26,246 bases of DNA from Patescibacteria group bacterium (GTDB lineage Bacteria > Patescibacteriota > Minisyncoccia > Minisyncoccales > PEYH01), in NCBI GenBank assembly GCA_018901715.1, contig JAHIEL010000087.1, forward strand, positions 1-26,246, in the 5' to 3' direction. Under the pieces are notes generated by a model that was not told the origin of the DNA, made no database searches, and was given only the letters and a program-made list of their open reading frames with translations. A program made the translations under genes and the position numbers. Positions 7,774 to 17,194 of the stretch are shown here, piece after piece (the first letter of the stretch is position 1; each line of letters starts with the position of its first letter).

Positions 7774-9132
7774 ATGCAGAAACATTATTATAAATTAATA
7801 AGCATTGGAGTAATAATTTTAGCCATAATAGCGACTGTTTTCGTTCAGCCGAGTTTTTTTAATAAAGGAATTGATTTTACTAATGAGAAACTTGGCTGGG
7901 ACCTACCCCATATTGCGGAAAAGGAATTTATGCTTGGCCTGGATTTGCAGGGAGGAGTGGAGCTCCTATATGCAGCGGATTTATCAGGATTAGACCCAGA
8001 TGCCTATAGCGAAGCTATGGATGGATTAAGGGATGTCATTGAAAGGAGAATCAATACTTTGGGCGTGCGTGAGCCAGAAGTAGAAGCAGTTATATCTGGT
8101 GATAGCTACCGCTTAAAAGTGAGAATTCCTGGTATTACTGACCCGCAGGAAGCGATTAAAGAAATCGGCAGAACTCCTTATTTAGAATTTCAAGAATTAA
8201 AAGATAATTACAAAGAAATTGAAGAGAGAAATCAGCTCGTTCAAGAAACAGGAGAAGGAGAAATGGAAAATTTTTTTCAATCAACAGAACTTACTGGGCG
8301 GTATTTAAAAGCAGCAGGAATTGCTTTTGACCCAACTACTAATCAGCCATATATTACTCTTGAGTTTGACGAGCAAGGAGCAAAGCTTTTTGAAGAAATA
8401 ACAGGTAGAAATATAGATAAGCCATTAGCTATGTCTATAGATGGAGAGATTTTATCTGCGCCTAATGTGAGCGAACAAATAAAAGGCGGGACTGCTCAAA
8501 TTACAGGGGACTTTACTACTGAAGAGGCAAAGTTTTTAGCTCGCAACCTTAATGCTGGTGCTCTACCAGTGCCTATTGGCGAGCCAATATCTATGATTAC
8601 AGTAGGTCCGACTCTTGGAATGATTTCTCTGCAAAAGAGTTTAAATGCCGGGTTTTTCGGTATTTTAGCGATTATTGCTTTTTTGATTATTGTTTATCGT
8701 CTTCCAGGATTACTGGCTTCAATTGCTCTTTTGATTTATGGAGTTTTGCTCTTAGCAATATTTAAACTCGGCTCTTTTACTCTTACTTTATCAGGCATTG
8801 GTGGTTTTATATTGTCTTTAGGTATGGCTGTGGATGCTAATATTTTAATATTTTCTAGAATGAGAGAAGAAATTAGGAGCGGAAAAGAGCTTGCTATATC
8901 AGTTGATGAAGGATTTAAAAGAGCATGGACATCTATAAGAGATGGTAATTTAACCACTCTTATTGTTGGCTTGATTTTATTTGGCGTAGGCACAAGTTTT
9001 GTTCAGGGATTTGCTACTACCCTATGCTTAGGTATTTTGATAAGTATGTTTTCTGCGGTTTTTGTAAGTAAAAGTTTTCTTACAGTTGTCGCGCAAACAA
9101 GATTGAGTAAAATTAAAAAACTTTGGCTCTAA
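7774..9132 (+). CDS. secD: Protein translocase subunit SecD
   Basis: LGLDLQGG, IERRINTLGV, LNAGALPVPI, GMAVDANILIFSRMREE, FATTLCLG. Confidence 0.98.
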   Translation: MQKHYYKLISIGVIILAIIATVFVQPSFFNKGIDFTNEKLGWDLPHIAEKEFMLGLDLQGGVELLYAADLSGLDPDAYSEAMDGLRDVIERRINTLGVREPEVEAVISGDSYRLKVRIPGITDPQEAIKEIGRTPYLEFQELKDNYKEIEERNQLVQETGEGEMENFFQSTELTGRYLKAAGIAFDPTTNQPYITLEFDEQGAKLFEEITGRNIDKPLAMSIDGEILSAPNVSEQIKGGTAQITGDFTTEEAKFLARNLNAGALPVPIGEPISMITVGPTLGMISLQKSLNAGFFGILAIIAFLIIVYRLPGLLASIALLIYGVLLLAIFKLGSFTLTLSGIGGFILSLGMAVDANILIFSRMREEIRSGKELAISVDEGFKRAWTSIRDGNLTTLIVGLILFGVGTSFVQGFATTLCLGILISMFSAVFVSKSFLTVVAQTRLSKIKKLWL

Positions 9133-9134
9133 TC

Positions 9135-10286
9135 ATGGAGAATTATTATCTTACAGCTGAATCGGTAACCCCAGGTCATCCTGATAAAGTAGCAGATGCG
9201 ATATCAGACGCTATTTTAGATGATGTCTTGAAACAAGATAAACACGGCAGAGTTGCTTGCGAGGTTTTAGTTGGAAAAGGGTACGCAGTGGTTGGCGGAG
9301 AAATTACTACAACTGGATATGTTGATATTCAAAATATATCAAGAGAAGCGATTAAGAAAATCGGATACACAAATCCAGAATATGGTTTTGATTTTAGAAC
9401 TGTTGCTATTTTTAATACAGTTAACGAGCAGTCACCAGATATTGCCCAAGGAGTTAAAGAAACAGGAGCTGAAGAACAAGGAGCAGGTGACCAGGGCGCT
9501 ATGATAGGATATGCGAGCAAAGAAACAAAAGAATTAATGCCTCTTTCTATTAGTTTGGCTCATAAGTTGGTAAGGCAACTTGTTAAAGTGCGAGAAGAAA
9601 AAATTCTTCCATATTTAAGACCTGATGGGAAATCCCAAGTCATTATTGAGTATCAGGATAATAAGGCGAAAAGATTGGATTCTGTGATTATTGCAGCACA
9701 GCACGACCCAGATATAGAGATAGAAAAAATTCAGCAAGATATTATTACTGAAGTCATTAAACCAATTTGTTCTGCTTTCATAGATGGTGATACAAAATAT
9801 TATATTAATAATACTGGCCGTTTTGTGATAGGTGGTCCTGCTTCTGATTGCGGTATGACTGGAAGGAAAAATGTTGTTGATGCTTATGGCCCACAAATAC
9901 CAATTGGCGGAGGTGCTTTTTCCGGAAAAGATCCGACTAAAGTAGATAGGTCTGCTGCTTATATGGCAAGATATATTGCTAAAAATATTGTTGCTTCTGA
10001 TTTAGCTGAACATTGCAAAGTGGAATTATCTTATGCAATTGGCAGTTCTTTTCCAGTATCAATTAATATTCAAACAGATAAGCCAGAATTAGACGAGAAA
10101 CTTGCGAAAATAGTGCCGCAAGTGTTTGATTTGACTCCAGCGGGTATTATCAAAGAATTAAATCTTTTAGAACCGATTTATTCAAAAACTACTTGCTTTG
10201 GGCATTTTGGAAGGGAAGACCAAGATTTTAAATGGGAGAAGAGAGATAAAACAGAAAAATTAGTTCAAGCATTAAAATCAGCATGA
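9135..10286 (+). CDS. metK: S-adenosylmethionine synthetase
   Basis: ESVTPGHPDK, GAGDQG, LRPDGKSQV, GGGAFSGKDPTKVDRSAAY; ATG at 9135 preferred over TTG at 9123, which overlaps secD. Confidence 0.98.
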   Translation: MENYYLTAESVTPGHPDKVADAISDAILDDVLKQDKHGRVACEVLVGKGYAVVGGEITTTGYVDIQNISREAIKKIGYTNPEYGFDFRTVAIFNTVNEQSPDIAQGVKETGAEEQGAGDQGAMIGYASKETKELMPLSISLAHKLVRQLVKVREEKILPYLRPDGKSQVIIEYQDNKAKRLDSVIIAAQHDPDIEIEKIQQDIITEVIKPICSAFIDGDTKYYINNTGRFVIGGPASDCGMTGRKNVVDAYGPQIPIGGGAFSGKDPTKVDRSAAYMARYIAKNIVASDLAEHCKVELSYAIGSSFPVSINIQTDKPELDEKLAKIVPQVFDLTPAGIIKELNLLEPIYSKTTCFGHFGREDQDFKWEKRDKTEKLVQALKSA

Positions 10287-11191
10287 AATTTCCATTTTTA
10301 AAATATAGTAAAATTTATTTCTCTGTTTCCCTGTCTTTGGCAATCTTAAGCATTGTCGCGGTTTTGATTTTTGGCTTGAATTGGGGAATTGATTTTGTTG
10401 GTGGAAGTATCTTAGATATTTCCTATGGCGAGACAGAACTTCGGCCAAGCCAACAAGATATAAGCTCTAAACTTAAAGAAATTGGTTTAGATAATTTTTC
10501 AGTTCGTTCACAAGGAGAAATGGGAATTGTGATAAGAATACCAGAAGTGTCTCAAGCAACAAAAGATAAGTTATTAGATTATTTTTATAATGCTGAGGGA
10601 GTAGAAATAGAAAAAATTGGGCTTGAATCAGTTAGCCCTGTTATCGGCGGGGAAACAAAAAACAAAGCTATAAACGCTATATTTTATGCTGTAATTGCCA
10701 TTGTTATTTATGTTGCTGTTGTTTTTAGAAAAGTATCAAAGCCAATAAAGTCGTGGCAATACGGCATTGCCACTGTAATTGCTCTTATCCACGATGTTTT
10801 GATTCCAGTTGGAGTGCTTTCTGTTCTTGGTCATTTTTGGGGCGTAGAGTTTTCTATTCCTATTTTAACCGCTTTATTAACTATTTTTGGATATTCAGTA
10901 AATGATACAGTTGTTGTTTTTGACAGGATTAGAGAGAACTTGATAATAGGCAAAGGGGAGACATTTGATCAAATAGTTGATGAGAGTTTAAACCAAACTC
11001 TTGTCCGTTCTATTAATACTTCGCTCACCACTCTTTTCGTGCTTTTAGCTCTATTTTTCTTTGGCGGAGAGAGCTTAACTTGGTTTTCTTTTGCCCTGAT
11101 TATTGGGACCATTGTTGGTACTTATTCTTCAATCTTTTTAGCAAGTACCTTGCTCGCGAAATGGCTGGCCTTTTCCCACAGGAATTCTTAG
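10283..11191 (+). CDS. secF: Protein translocase subunit SecF
   Basis: GIDFVGG, IALIHDV, GYSVNDTVVVFDRIRE, RSINTSLTT, GTYSSIFLA; ATGA overlap with the metK stop. Confidence 0.98.
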   Translation: MKFPFLKYSKIYFSVSLSLAILSIVAVLIFGLNWGIDFVGGSILDISYGETELRPSQQDISSKLKEIGLDNFSVRSQGEMGIVIRIPEVSQATKDKLLDYFYNAEGVEIEKIGLESVSPVIGGETKNKAINAIFYAVIAIVIYVAVVFRKVSKPIKSWQYGIATVIALIHDVLIPVGVLSVLGHFWGVEFSIPILTALLTIFGYSVNDTVVVFDRIRENLIIGKGETFDQIVDESLNQTLVRSINTSLTTLFVLLALFFFGGESLTWFSFALIIGTIVGTYSSIFLASTLLAKWLAFSHRNS

Positions 11192-11292
11192 TCAAAAAGG
11201 CCCTGATTATTCTAAAAATAAAGGAATGGTAGCAAAAAGCCGGAGGTGTTAAAATATAGACACAAGGCCTTGATTATTAATTATAATCTTAT

Positions 11293-12291
11293 ATGTTATT
11301 CCTTTGGATAATTATTTTTATAGCTTCTCTTGCGATTTTAGTTAAAGGTGCTGATTGGCTTTTACAAAGCGCAGAAAAGATCGGGTTAGCACTTGGTATT
11401 TCTCCTTTTATTGTTGGCGTTACCATAGTTGGACTTGGTACTTCATGTCCAGAGTTAATATCAAGTATTATGGCAGCGATGAGGGGGGTTACCGAGATCG
11501 TTACTGCCGGAGCCATTGGCTCTAATATAGCTAATATTCTTTTAATTGTTGGAATAGCCGCTATAATAGGCAGGCGACTTATTATCTCAAAAAGTTTAAT
11601 TGACCTAGACCTGCCTCTTTTGGCAATATCAACTGTTTTGTTTTTAGGAACAGCTTGGGACAAACAAATTACCTTTACTGAGGCCATTATTTTATTAATC
11701 GCTTATGTTATTTATCTTTTATATACATTTTTGCATAGGGAAGAAGAAACAGATGAAATCTATGAGGTTTTGCCTGGAAGGCCTGGCAGAAGAAAACTTA
11801 GGACTGTGAATATAAAGAATGAAAAAGCAATTAAAAGACCAAAGATTATAGCAAAAGATATTATAATGTTGATAATAGGAATTATTACTTTATTTGTGGG
11901 CGCTAAGTATCTTATTGATTCTGTTATAAAATTGTCGGAAATTTTAAATATCGGAGCTGGCGTTATTTCTTTGGCAGCTGTTGCCCTTGGAACTTCTTTG
12001 CCAGAACTTTTAGTTTCAGCTAAGGCGGCGCTTCAAGGAAAATCTGAGGTTGCCCTTGGGAACATCTTTGGCTCTAATGTTTTTAATCTTTTAGTTGTAG
12101 TAGGCATTCCTGGGCTGATAAGGAACTTACAAATAGATGAAACAACCTTTGCTTTTGGTCTGCCTGTTTTATTGGTCGCAACTTTCCTTTTCATCATATC
12201 GGGAATCTCCCGCAGGATTCATGTTTGGGAAGGAGCAATGTATGTCCTTGTATATGTTTTCTTTATAGGCAAACTTTTCAATATTTTTTGA
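11293..12291 (+). CDS. Calcium/sodium antiporter (CaCA, YrbG family)
   Basis: Two alpha repeats, GTSCPEL..GSNIANI and GTSLPEL..GSNVFN. Confidence 0.93.
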   Translation: MLFLWIIIFIASLAILVKGADWLLQSAEKIGLALGISPFIVGVTIVGLGTSCPELISSIMAAMRGVTEIVTAGAIGSNIANILLIVGIAAIIGRRLIISKSLIDLDLPLLAISTVLFLGTAWDKQITFTEAIILLIAYVIYLLYTFLHREEETDEIYEVLPGRPGRRKLRTVNIKNEKAIKRPKIIAKDIIMLIIGIITLFVGAKYLIDSVIKLSEILNIGAGVISLAAVALGTSLPELLVSAKAALQGKSEVALGNIFGSNVFNLLVVVGIPGLIRNLQIDETTFAFGLPVLLVATFLFIISGISRRIHVWEGAMYVLVYVFFIGKLFNIF

Positions 12292-12309
12292 TTATATTGC
12301 TGATGTATT

Positions 12310-12918
12310 ATGAAAAACAGAGAACAATTTAGTTCTAATGAAAATAAGGCCGATCCTGTCCTATGCAAGGAGAGTCAAGATGAGGTATTAACAAAAGATG
12401 AGCAGAAAGAAGCTCAAAAGAAATTAGTAGGAATAAGAGAAAAAGTTGATAAAATTACAGATAAATTGGGGATGCCTATTGAGGACAGCATTAAAGAAAC
12501 AGTAGTTATGTTTAATGCTTTTAATATAAGAACTAGCCAATCATGCGAGGGTCATGCAGAAGAGGATCAAAAAAGTGCTCCCTGGATTATGGTCCAGCCG
12601 AGAATTCCAGAGAATGAAGAATGGTACGAGGATAAGGATACCAGGGAGAAAGTTATAGCTCAAAGCAGAACTATGAGAAAGCAATTAACAGATTTATTAA
12701 ATCTATTTTACAGAGAAAGAAAAACTGATTTTAGTGATATGCTCGGATTTAGCGAAGTTGCTTATGGCTTCAAGCTTCAAAGCAATGGGGCAGAGGTTTT
12801 TAAAGGGCTTGATGTGGGAGAGGCACAAGAAAAATTATTAGCTTATAGGAAAGAGATGAAAGATTTTACAGATTTTCTTAAAGGAATTTATCCTAAGCAT
12901 TTATTCAAAAGACTCTAA
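12310..12918 (+). CDS. Hypothetical protein with a T-x-x-S-C-E-G-H motif
   Basis: 202-aa ORF with native codon bias; IEDSIKETVVMFNAFNIRTSQSCEGH. Confidence 0.75.
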   Translation: MKNREQFSSNENKADPVLCKESQDEVLTKDEQKEAQKKLVGIREKVDKITDKLGMPIEDSIKETVVMFNAFNIRTSQSCEGHAEEDQKSAPWIMVQPRIPENEEWYEDKDTREKVIAQSRTMRKQLTDLLNLFYRERKTDFSDMLGFSEVAYGFKLQSNGAEVFKGLDVGEAQEKLLAYRKEMKDFTDFLKGIYPKHLFKRL

Positions 12919-12962
12919 ATTCGGATGGATTAGTTAAGTTACCAATGATTTTATTCTTCGTC

Positions 12963-12991
12963 TTGACAGAAAAATAGTTAGGTGCTTTAAT
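12963..12991 (+). promoter_or_regulatory. Putative sigma70 promoter
   Basis: TTGACA-N17-TTTAAT with extended TG. Confidence 0.6.
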
Positions 12992-13026
12992 AGATAAACT
13001 TTAAAAAATTATTAAGTTATAAAAAA

Positions 13027-14028
13027 ATGTTGGATTACCAAGTAATTTGTCAGGAAATTTTACAAGACCTTGAACCAAGAAAGCGAGAGGTTTTAGAAAA
13101 AAGGTTTGGTTTAAGAGGCGAAGATCCTTTGACTCTACAGGCAATTGGCGATGAATTAAGGATTACTAGAGAAAGAGTTCGCCAAATAGAAAATGATGCC
13201 CTTCTGTGGTTAAGGGGCCAAAAAAGTCAGACATTGAATAAGCCCATACAAGGTCTTTTTGATTATTTAGAGAGTTATGGTGGATTAAGAGAGGAAACTA
13301 TGCTTCTTCAAGAATTAGGCGAAGATAAATTTCAAAATCATATTTTGCTTTTTTTGAATTTAGGCAATGATTTCACAAAATTTAAAGAAACAGATGATTT
13401 CTTTACTCTTTGGGCAACTAAAGAAGAAAAATTAAATCAAGCTAAGAAAGTAATAGAAACACTAATTAAAGAGTTGGAAAAACGCAATGACTTGATGGAA
13501 TCGCAAGAGCTGGGCAAGAAAGCTCCTATTAAAGTTGAACAGTCAGTTCTTATTTCTTATATTGATATTTCTAAAAATATTTTTCAATCACCTTTCGGTT
13601 ATTATGGTTTAGCCAGTTGGCCTGAAGTGAGGCCAAAGGGTTTGAGAGATAACGCCTATTTAGTTCTTAAGAAAGAAGAAAAACCATTACATTTTAGAGA
13701 TATTACTGAATTGATTGGGAAGCTTCCTGCCAGTTCAGGAGGAGTTTTATCAGAGAGTGTGCATAATGAGCTTATAAGAAACGAGAATTTTGTTTTAATT
13801 GGCAGAGGCATTTACGCCCTAAAAGAATGGGGCTATGAGCCCGGAACTGTTAGAGAAGTGATATCTGAAGTTTTGAAATCAGCCAAAAAGCCACTTAAAA
13901 AAGACGAGATTTTTAAGAAAGTGCTTAAACAAAGAGATGTTAAAGAAAGCACAGTGCTTTTAAATTTGCAGAATAAAAAGTATTTTGACAAAGATAAGCA
14001 GGGGAGATATACGATAGCTAAGGGTTAA
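13027..14028 (+). CDS. Sigma70 region-4-like HTH protein with C-terminal winged-HTH (HARE-HTH / RNAP delta-like) domains
   Basis: REVLEKRFGL..LTLQAIGDELRITRERVRQIE (sigma4 HTH); LHFRDI..SVHNELIRNENFVLIGRGIYALKEW; sigma regions 2 and 3 not recognisable. Confidence 0.8.
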   Translation: MLDYQVICQEILQDLEPRKREVLEKRFGLRGEDPLTLQAIGDELRITRERVRQIENDALLWLRGQKSQTLNKPIQGLFDYLESYGGLREETMLLQELGEDKFQNHILLFLNLGNDFTKFKETDDFFTLWATKEEKLNQAKKVIETLIKELEKRNDLMESQELGKKAPIKVEQSVLISYIDISKNIFQSPFGYYGLASWPEVRPKGLRDNAYLVLKKEEKPLHFRDITELIGKLPASSGGVLSESVHNELIRNENFVLIGRGIYALKEWGYEPGTVREVISEVLKSAKKPLKKDEIFKKVLKQRDVKESTVLLNLQNKKYFDKDKQGRYTIAKG

Positions 14029-14066
14029 TCCCCAAGTCTAATTATTCTAATTTCTAATTTTTCAAC

Positions 14067-14098
14067 GAGGCCCGTCCTCGTTAATGAGGACGGGCCTC
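14067..14098. repeat. GC-rich palindrome, family copy C
   Basis: GAGGCCCGTCCTC-GTTAAT-GAGGACGGGCCTC, perfect 13-bp stem; AATTTTTC/GAAAAATT can extend it. Confidence 0.9.
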
Positions 14099-14123
14099 AT
14101 AAGAAAAATTAAAATTAACATAG

Positions 14124-15425
14124 ATGCCTTTTTTGAACTCAATCCTTATCCCTATATGGGAAATTATAAGGGCCTGGTGGTGGGTCTTGCTCCCAATTTT
14201 ATTATGGAAGCCGCTTTGGTTTCTTTGGTATTTTTGGGGCAATGATAGATTTTCAAAAGGAGAAGGTAAGAGTATGCTTGTGGAACTTAAAATGCCCGCA
14301 GAGGTTATCAGGCCATTTAAGGCAATGGAACAAGTTTATGCTGGGCTTTGGATGCTTTATGATCCGCCTGATTTTTATGAAAAATGGATTGAAGGCAAAT
14401 ATGATGCCTCTATGTCAATAGAAATTACAAGCATAGGAGGAGATATCCATTTCTATCTAAGATTTCCTGAAAAATCAAGAAATTTAATTGAATCAAGTAT
14501 TTATTCTCAATATCCAGAAGTAGAAATCATGGAAGCAGAGGATTATACGAAAAATGTTCCTGCAAATATCCCAAATAAAAAATGGGATTTATGGGGAACG
14601 GATTATGAATTTATTAAAAAAGATGTTTATCCTATTAAGACCTACCCAAAGTTTTTTGAAGAACGGGCTGTTCAAGAAGAAACAGAAAGAATAGATCCGT
14701 TAGCTGCCTTGCTTGAAGGCATGAATAAGACAGGGCCAGGGGAACAGGTTTGGGTGCAGATTAAAATCAAACCAATTACTGTTGGAGAAGATGATTACGA
14801 TAAGCGGGCAGAGGCAGAGATTGGTAAATTGGCTAATCGGCCAGGAAAAGAGAAAAGACCGTTCTTAATAAAAGAAGCAACAGATGTTGTATTATTGGGT
14901 CAATTACCAGGTGTAGGCCAAGATGGGGAAAAGGAAAAGAGCTTTTTGCCTCCAGAGATGAAATTGACTCCTGGAGAAAGAGATGTGGTCTCTGCTATTG
15001 AGCACAAAGTGTCAAAAGTCATGTTTAAGAGTTATATAAGATTTATTATTTTAGGAGAAAGAGATAAGTGGAATAAAGGTAATTTAAGGAACACATTGGG
15101 TTATTTTGCTAATTTTAATACCCAAGATCTTAACGCTCTAAAACCTTGGCCTAAGAGCTTGACAAAGGTTCACAGACACGAAAAACTATTTTTAAATATG
15201 TTTTTTCATAAGACCTTAGTGTTTTATAAAAAGCGAAAACTTTTGAAAAGATATATACAACGCCTTCGCTTCAATTATCCTAAAAAAGGCGAGGAGTTTA
15301 TCTTAAACATTGAAGAATTAGCCACCATGTTTCATTTTGTTGGCAGAAGCGCTGTGCCAGCACCAAGCATTAAAAGAGTTGAGGCAAAGAAGAGTGAGCC
15401 ACCTGTTGATTTGCCCGGAGAATAA
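14124..15425 (+). CDS. Membrane-anchored hypothetical protein, likely partner of the downstream ATPase
   Basis: Aromatic N-terminal TM segment; YPIKTY..F..DPL..LLE..GEQVWVQI motifs; 8 nt from the next gene. Confidence 0.8.
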   Translation: MPFLNSILIPIWEIIRAWWWVLLPILLWKPLWFLWYFWGNDRFSKGEGKSMLVELKMPAEVIRPFKAMEQVYAGLWMLYDPPDFYEKWIEGKYDASMSIEITSIGGDIHFYLRFPEKSRNLIESSIYSQYPEVEIMEAEDYTKNVPANIPNKKWDLWGTDYEFIKKDVYPIKTYPKFFEERAVQEETERIDPLAALLEGMNKTGPGEQVWVQIKIKPITVGEDDYDKRAEAEIGKLANRPGKEKRPFLIKEATDVVLLGQLPGVGQDGEKEKSFLPPEMKLTPGERDVVSAIEHKVSKVMFKSYIRFIILGERDKWNKGNLRNTLGYFANFNTQDLNALKPWPKSLTKVHRHEKLFLNMFFHKTLVFYKKRKLLKRYIQRLRFNYPKKGEEFILNIEELATMFHFVGRSAVPAPSIKRVEAKKSEPPVDLPGE

Positions 15426-15433
15426 TAAAATTT

Positions 15434-17167
15434 ATGTTGGAGGATAATATAACATTTTTAGGCAGAACTAATTTTAGAAATACCCAAAAGAAGTTTGGTA
15501 TTAAATTAGATGATAGAAGAAAACATGTTTATATTATCGGCAAGACAGGAATGGGCAAAACAACTCTTTTGGCGAATATGGCAGCACAAGATATTCAAGA
15601 TGGATTTGGAATGGCTTTTATTGACCCTCATGGCGAACAAGCAGAAGAACTTTTAGATTATGTGCCCAAAGAGAGAGTAAAAGATGTTGTTTATCTTAAT
15701 CCTTCAGATATTGGTTATCCGATTGGTTTTAATATTATGGAGGTAAAGGATCCAGATGTTAGGCATCTTATTGCTTCGGGCTTGATGGGTGTATTCAAGA
15801 AGATTTGGCCTGATGTTTGGTCTGCTAGAATGGAATATATTTTGAATAATTCTATTTTAGCTTTATTGGAATATCCGGGCTCTAGCTTATTGGGCATAAA
15901 TAGGATGATGGCTGATGTGGATTATAGGCAAAAAGTTATTGATAAGGTAACTGACCCAGTTATTAAGGCATTCTGGACCCAAGAATTTGCTCGCTATACA
16001 CAAAGATATGAAGTTGAGGCAACAGCAGCTATCCAGAATAAAGTAGGTCAGTTTATCTCCAATCCCTTAATTAGAAATATTCTTGGCCAAACAAAGTCAA
16101 CAATTGATATGAGGGATATAATGGATGGGGGGAAGATATTGATAGTCAATTTGTCCAAGGGCAGGATGGGTGAAGCAAACTCAATGCTTTTAGGCGCCCT
16201 AGTTATTACCAAACTTTATTTAGCCGCTATGTCCAGAGTTGAGATTAAGGAAAAAGAAAGAAAAGATTTTTTCCTTTATGTTGACGAGTTTCAGAATTTT
16301 GCCACTGAATCCTTTGCCAGCATATTATCTGAAGCTAGAAAATATCGGCTTTGCTTGATAATGGCTCATCAATATATCACCCAAATGGAAGAAATGGTTA
16401 GTGATGCTGTTTTCGGCAATGCTGGAACTATTATTAGTTTTAGAATTGGGGCTGAAGACGGTGAGTATTTAGAGAAAGAGTTTTTTCCTGTTTTTGCAGT
16501 AGGGGATTTCGTAAATCTTCCAAAGTTTAATATATATACAAAACTTATGATTGATGGTGTGGCGGGCAGACCGTTTTCTGCGGAAACCTTGCCTCCGATA
16601 CCAAAACAAGAGCATTCTTTTAGAGATGAAATTATTCAAAATACTAGGAACAAATATGCAGTAAAAAGAGAAATTATAGAGCAGGAAATTGCAGAATGGT
16701 CGGCGATTGGGATTGGGACAGTAGATAAAAATAAAAACAAAAACAAGCAACAGAATAAGAATAGTGGCGGAGACTATCGAAATAAGAATAGTGGCGGAGA
16801 TTATCGAAACAAGAGTAATAGTGGAGACAATTCAAATAGCAATAATAAGATAGATAATTTGAATAGGAATAATAACAAGCCAGAAATAATTTCTTCGCAA
16901 GAAAAATTTATTCAAACCATTTCTCTGAAAGATGCTACAGCACAAGAGCCAGTATTTTTTAGTGCTCATCATAAAAATAAAAAAAATTATTACAATCATC
17001 CCAAAGAAAAAATTGATGTATCTGGCTTAAGGGGAGCCATTGAAAGCGCAATAGATAGTAGAGAGAATCAGAATTCTAAAATAGAAGAGTATGAGAATAA
17101 AAAAATATTGCAAGATAGCGAGAAAAAGGGCTATTTAAATGCTGGCGAAAAAGTGAATTTTGATTAA
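15434..17167 (+). CDS. VirD4/TraD-like (HerA/FtsK superfamily) P-loop ATPase with a low-complexity tail
   Basis: Walker A IIGKTGMGKT, IDPHG, Walker B LYVDEFQNF, EARKY, AHQY, GNAGT. Confidence 0.9.
   Translation: MLEDNITFLGRTNFRNTQKKFGIKLDDRRKHVYIIGKTGMGKTTLLANMAAQDIQDGFGMAFIDPHGEQAEELLDYVPKERVKDVVYLNPSDIGYPIGFNIMEVKDPDVRHLIASGLMGVFKKIWPDVWSARMEYILNNSILALLEYPGSSLLGINRMMADVDYRQKVIDKVTDPVIKAFWTQEFARYTQRYEVEATAAIQNKVGQFISNPLIRNILGQTKSTIDMRDIMDGGKILIVNLSKGRMGEANSMLLGALVITKLYLAAMSRVEIKEKERKDFFLYVDEFQNFATESFASILSEARKYRLCLIMAHQYITQMEEMVSDAVFGNAGTIISFRIGAEDGEYLEKEFFPVFAVGDFVNLPKFNIYTKLMIDGVAGRPFSAETLPPIPKQEHSFRDEIIQNTRNKYAVKREIIEQEIAEWSAIGIGTVDKNKNKNKQQNKNSGGDYRNKNSGGDYRNKSNSGDNSNSNNKIDNLNRNNNKPEIISSQEKFIQTISLKDATAQEPVFFSAHHKNKKNYYNHPKEKIDVSGLRGAIESAIDSRENQNSKIEEYENKKILQDSEKKGYLNAGEKVNFD
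16754..16828 (+). repeat. In-frame 27-bp tandem repeat (NKNSGGDYR x2 plus a degenerate third copy)
   Basis: AATAAGAATAGTGGCGGAGA(C/T)TATCGA at 16754-16780 and 16781-16807, 26/27 identical. Confidence 0.9.
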
Positions 17168-17194
17168 TATATTTTACAAGGTATAATAACAACA

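Noticed and set aside
12935-13019. 8-bp direct repeat TTAAGTTA
   Set aside because: Too short and AT-rich to distinguish from chance.
14124-17167. Conjugative element or ICE
   Set aside because: No relaxase, VirB4, integrase or att sites; native composition; flanked by housekeeping genes.
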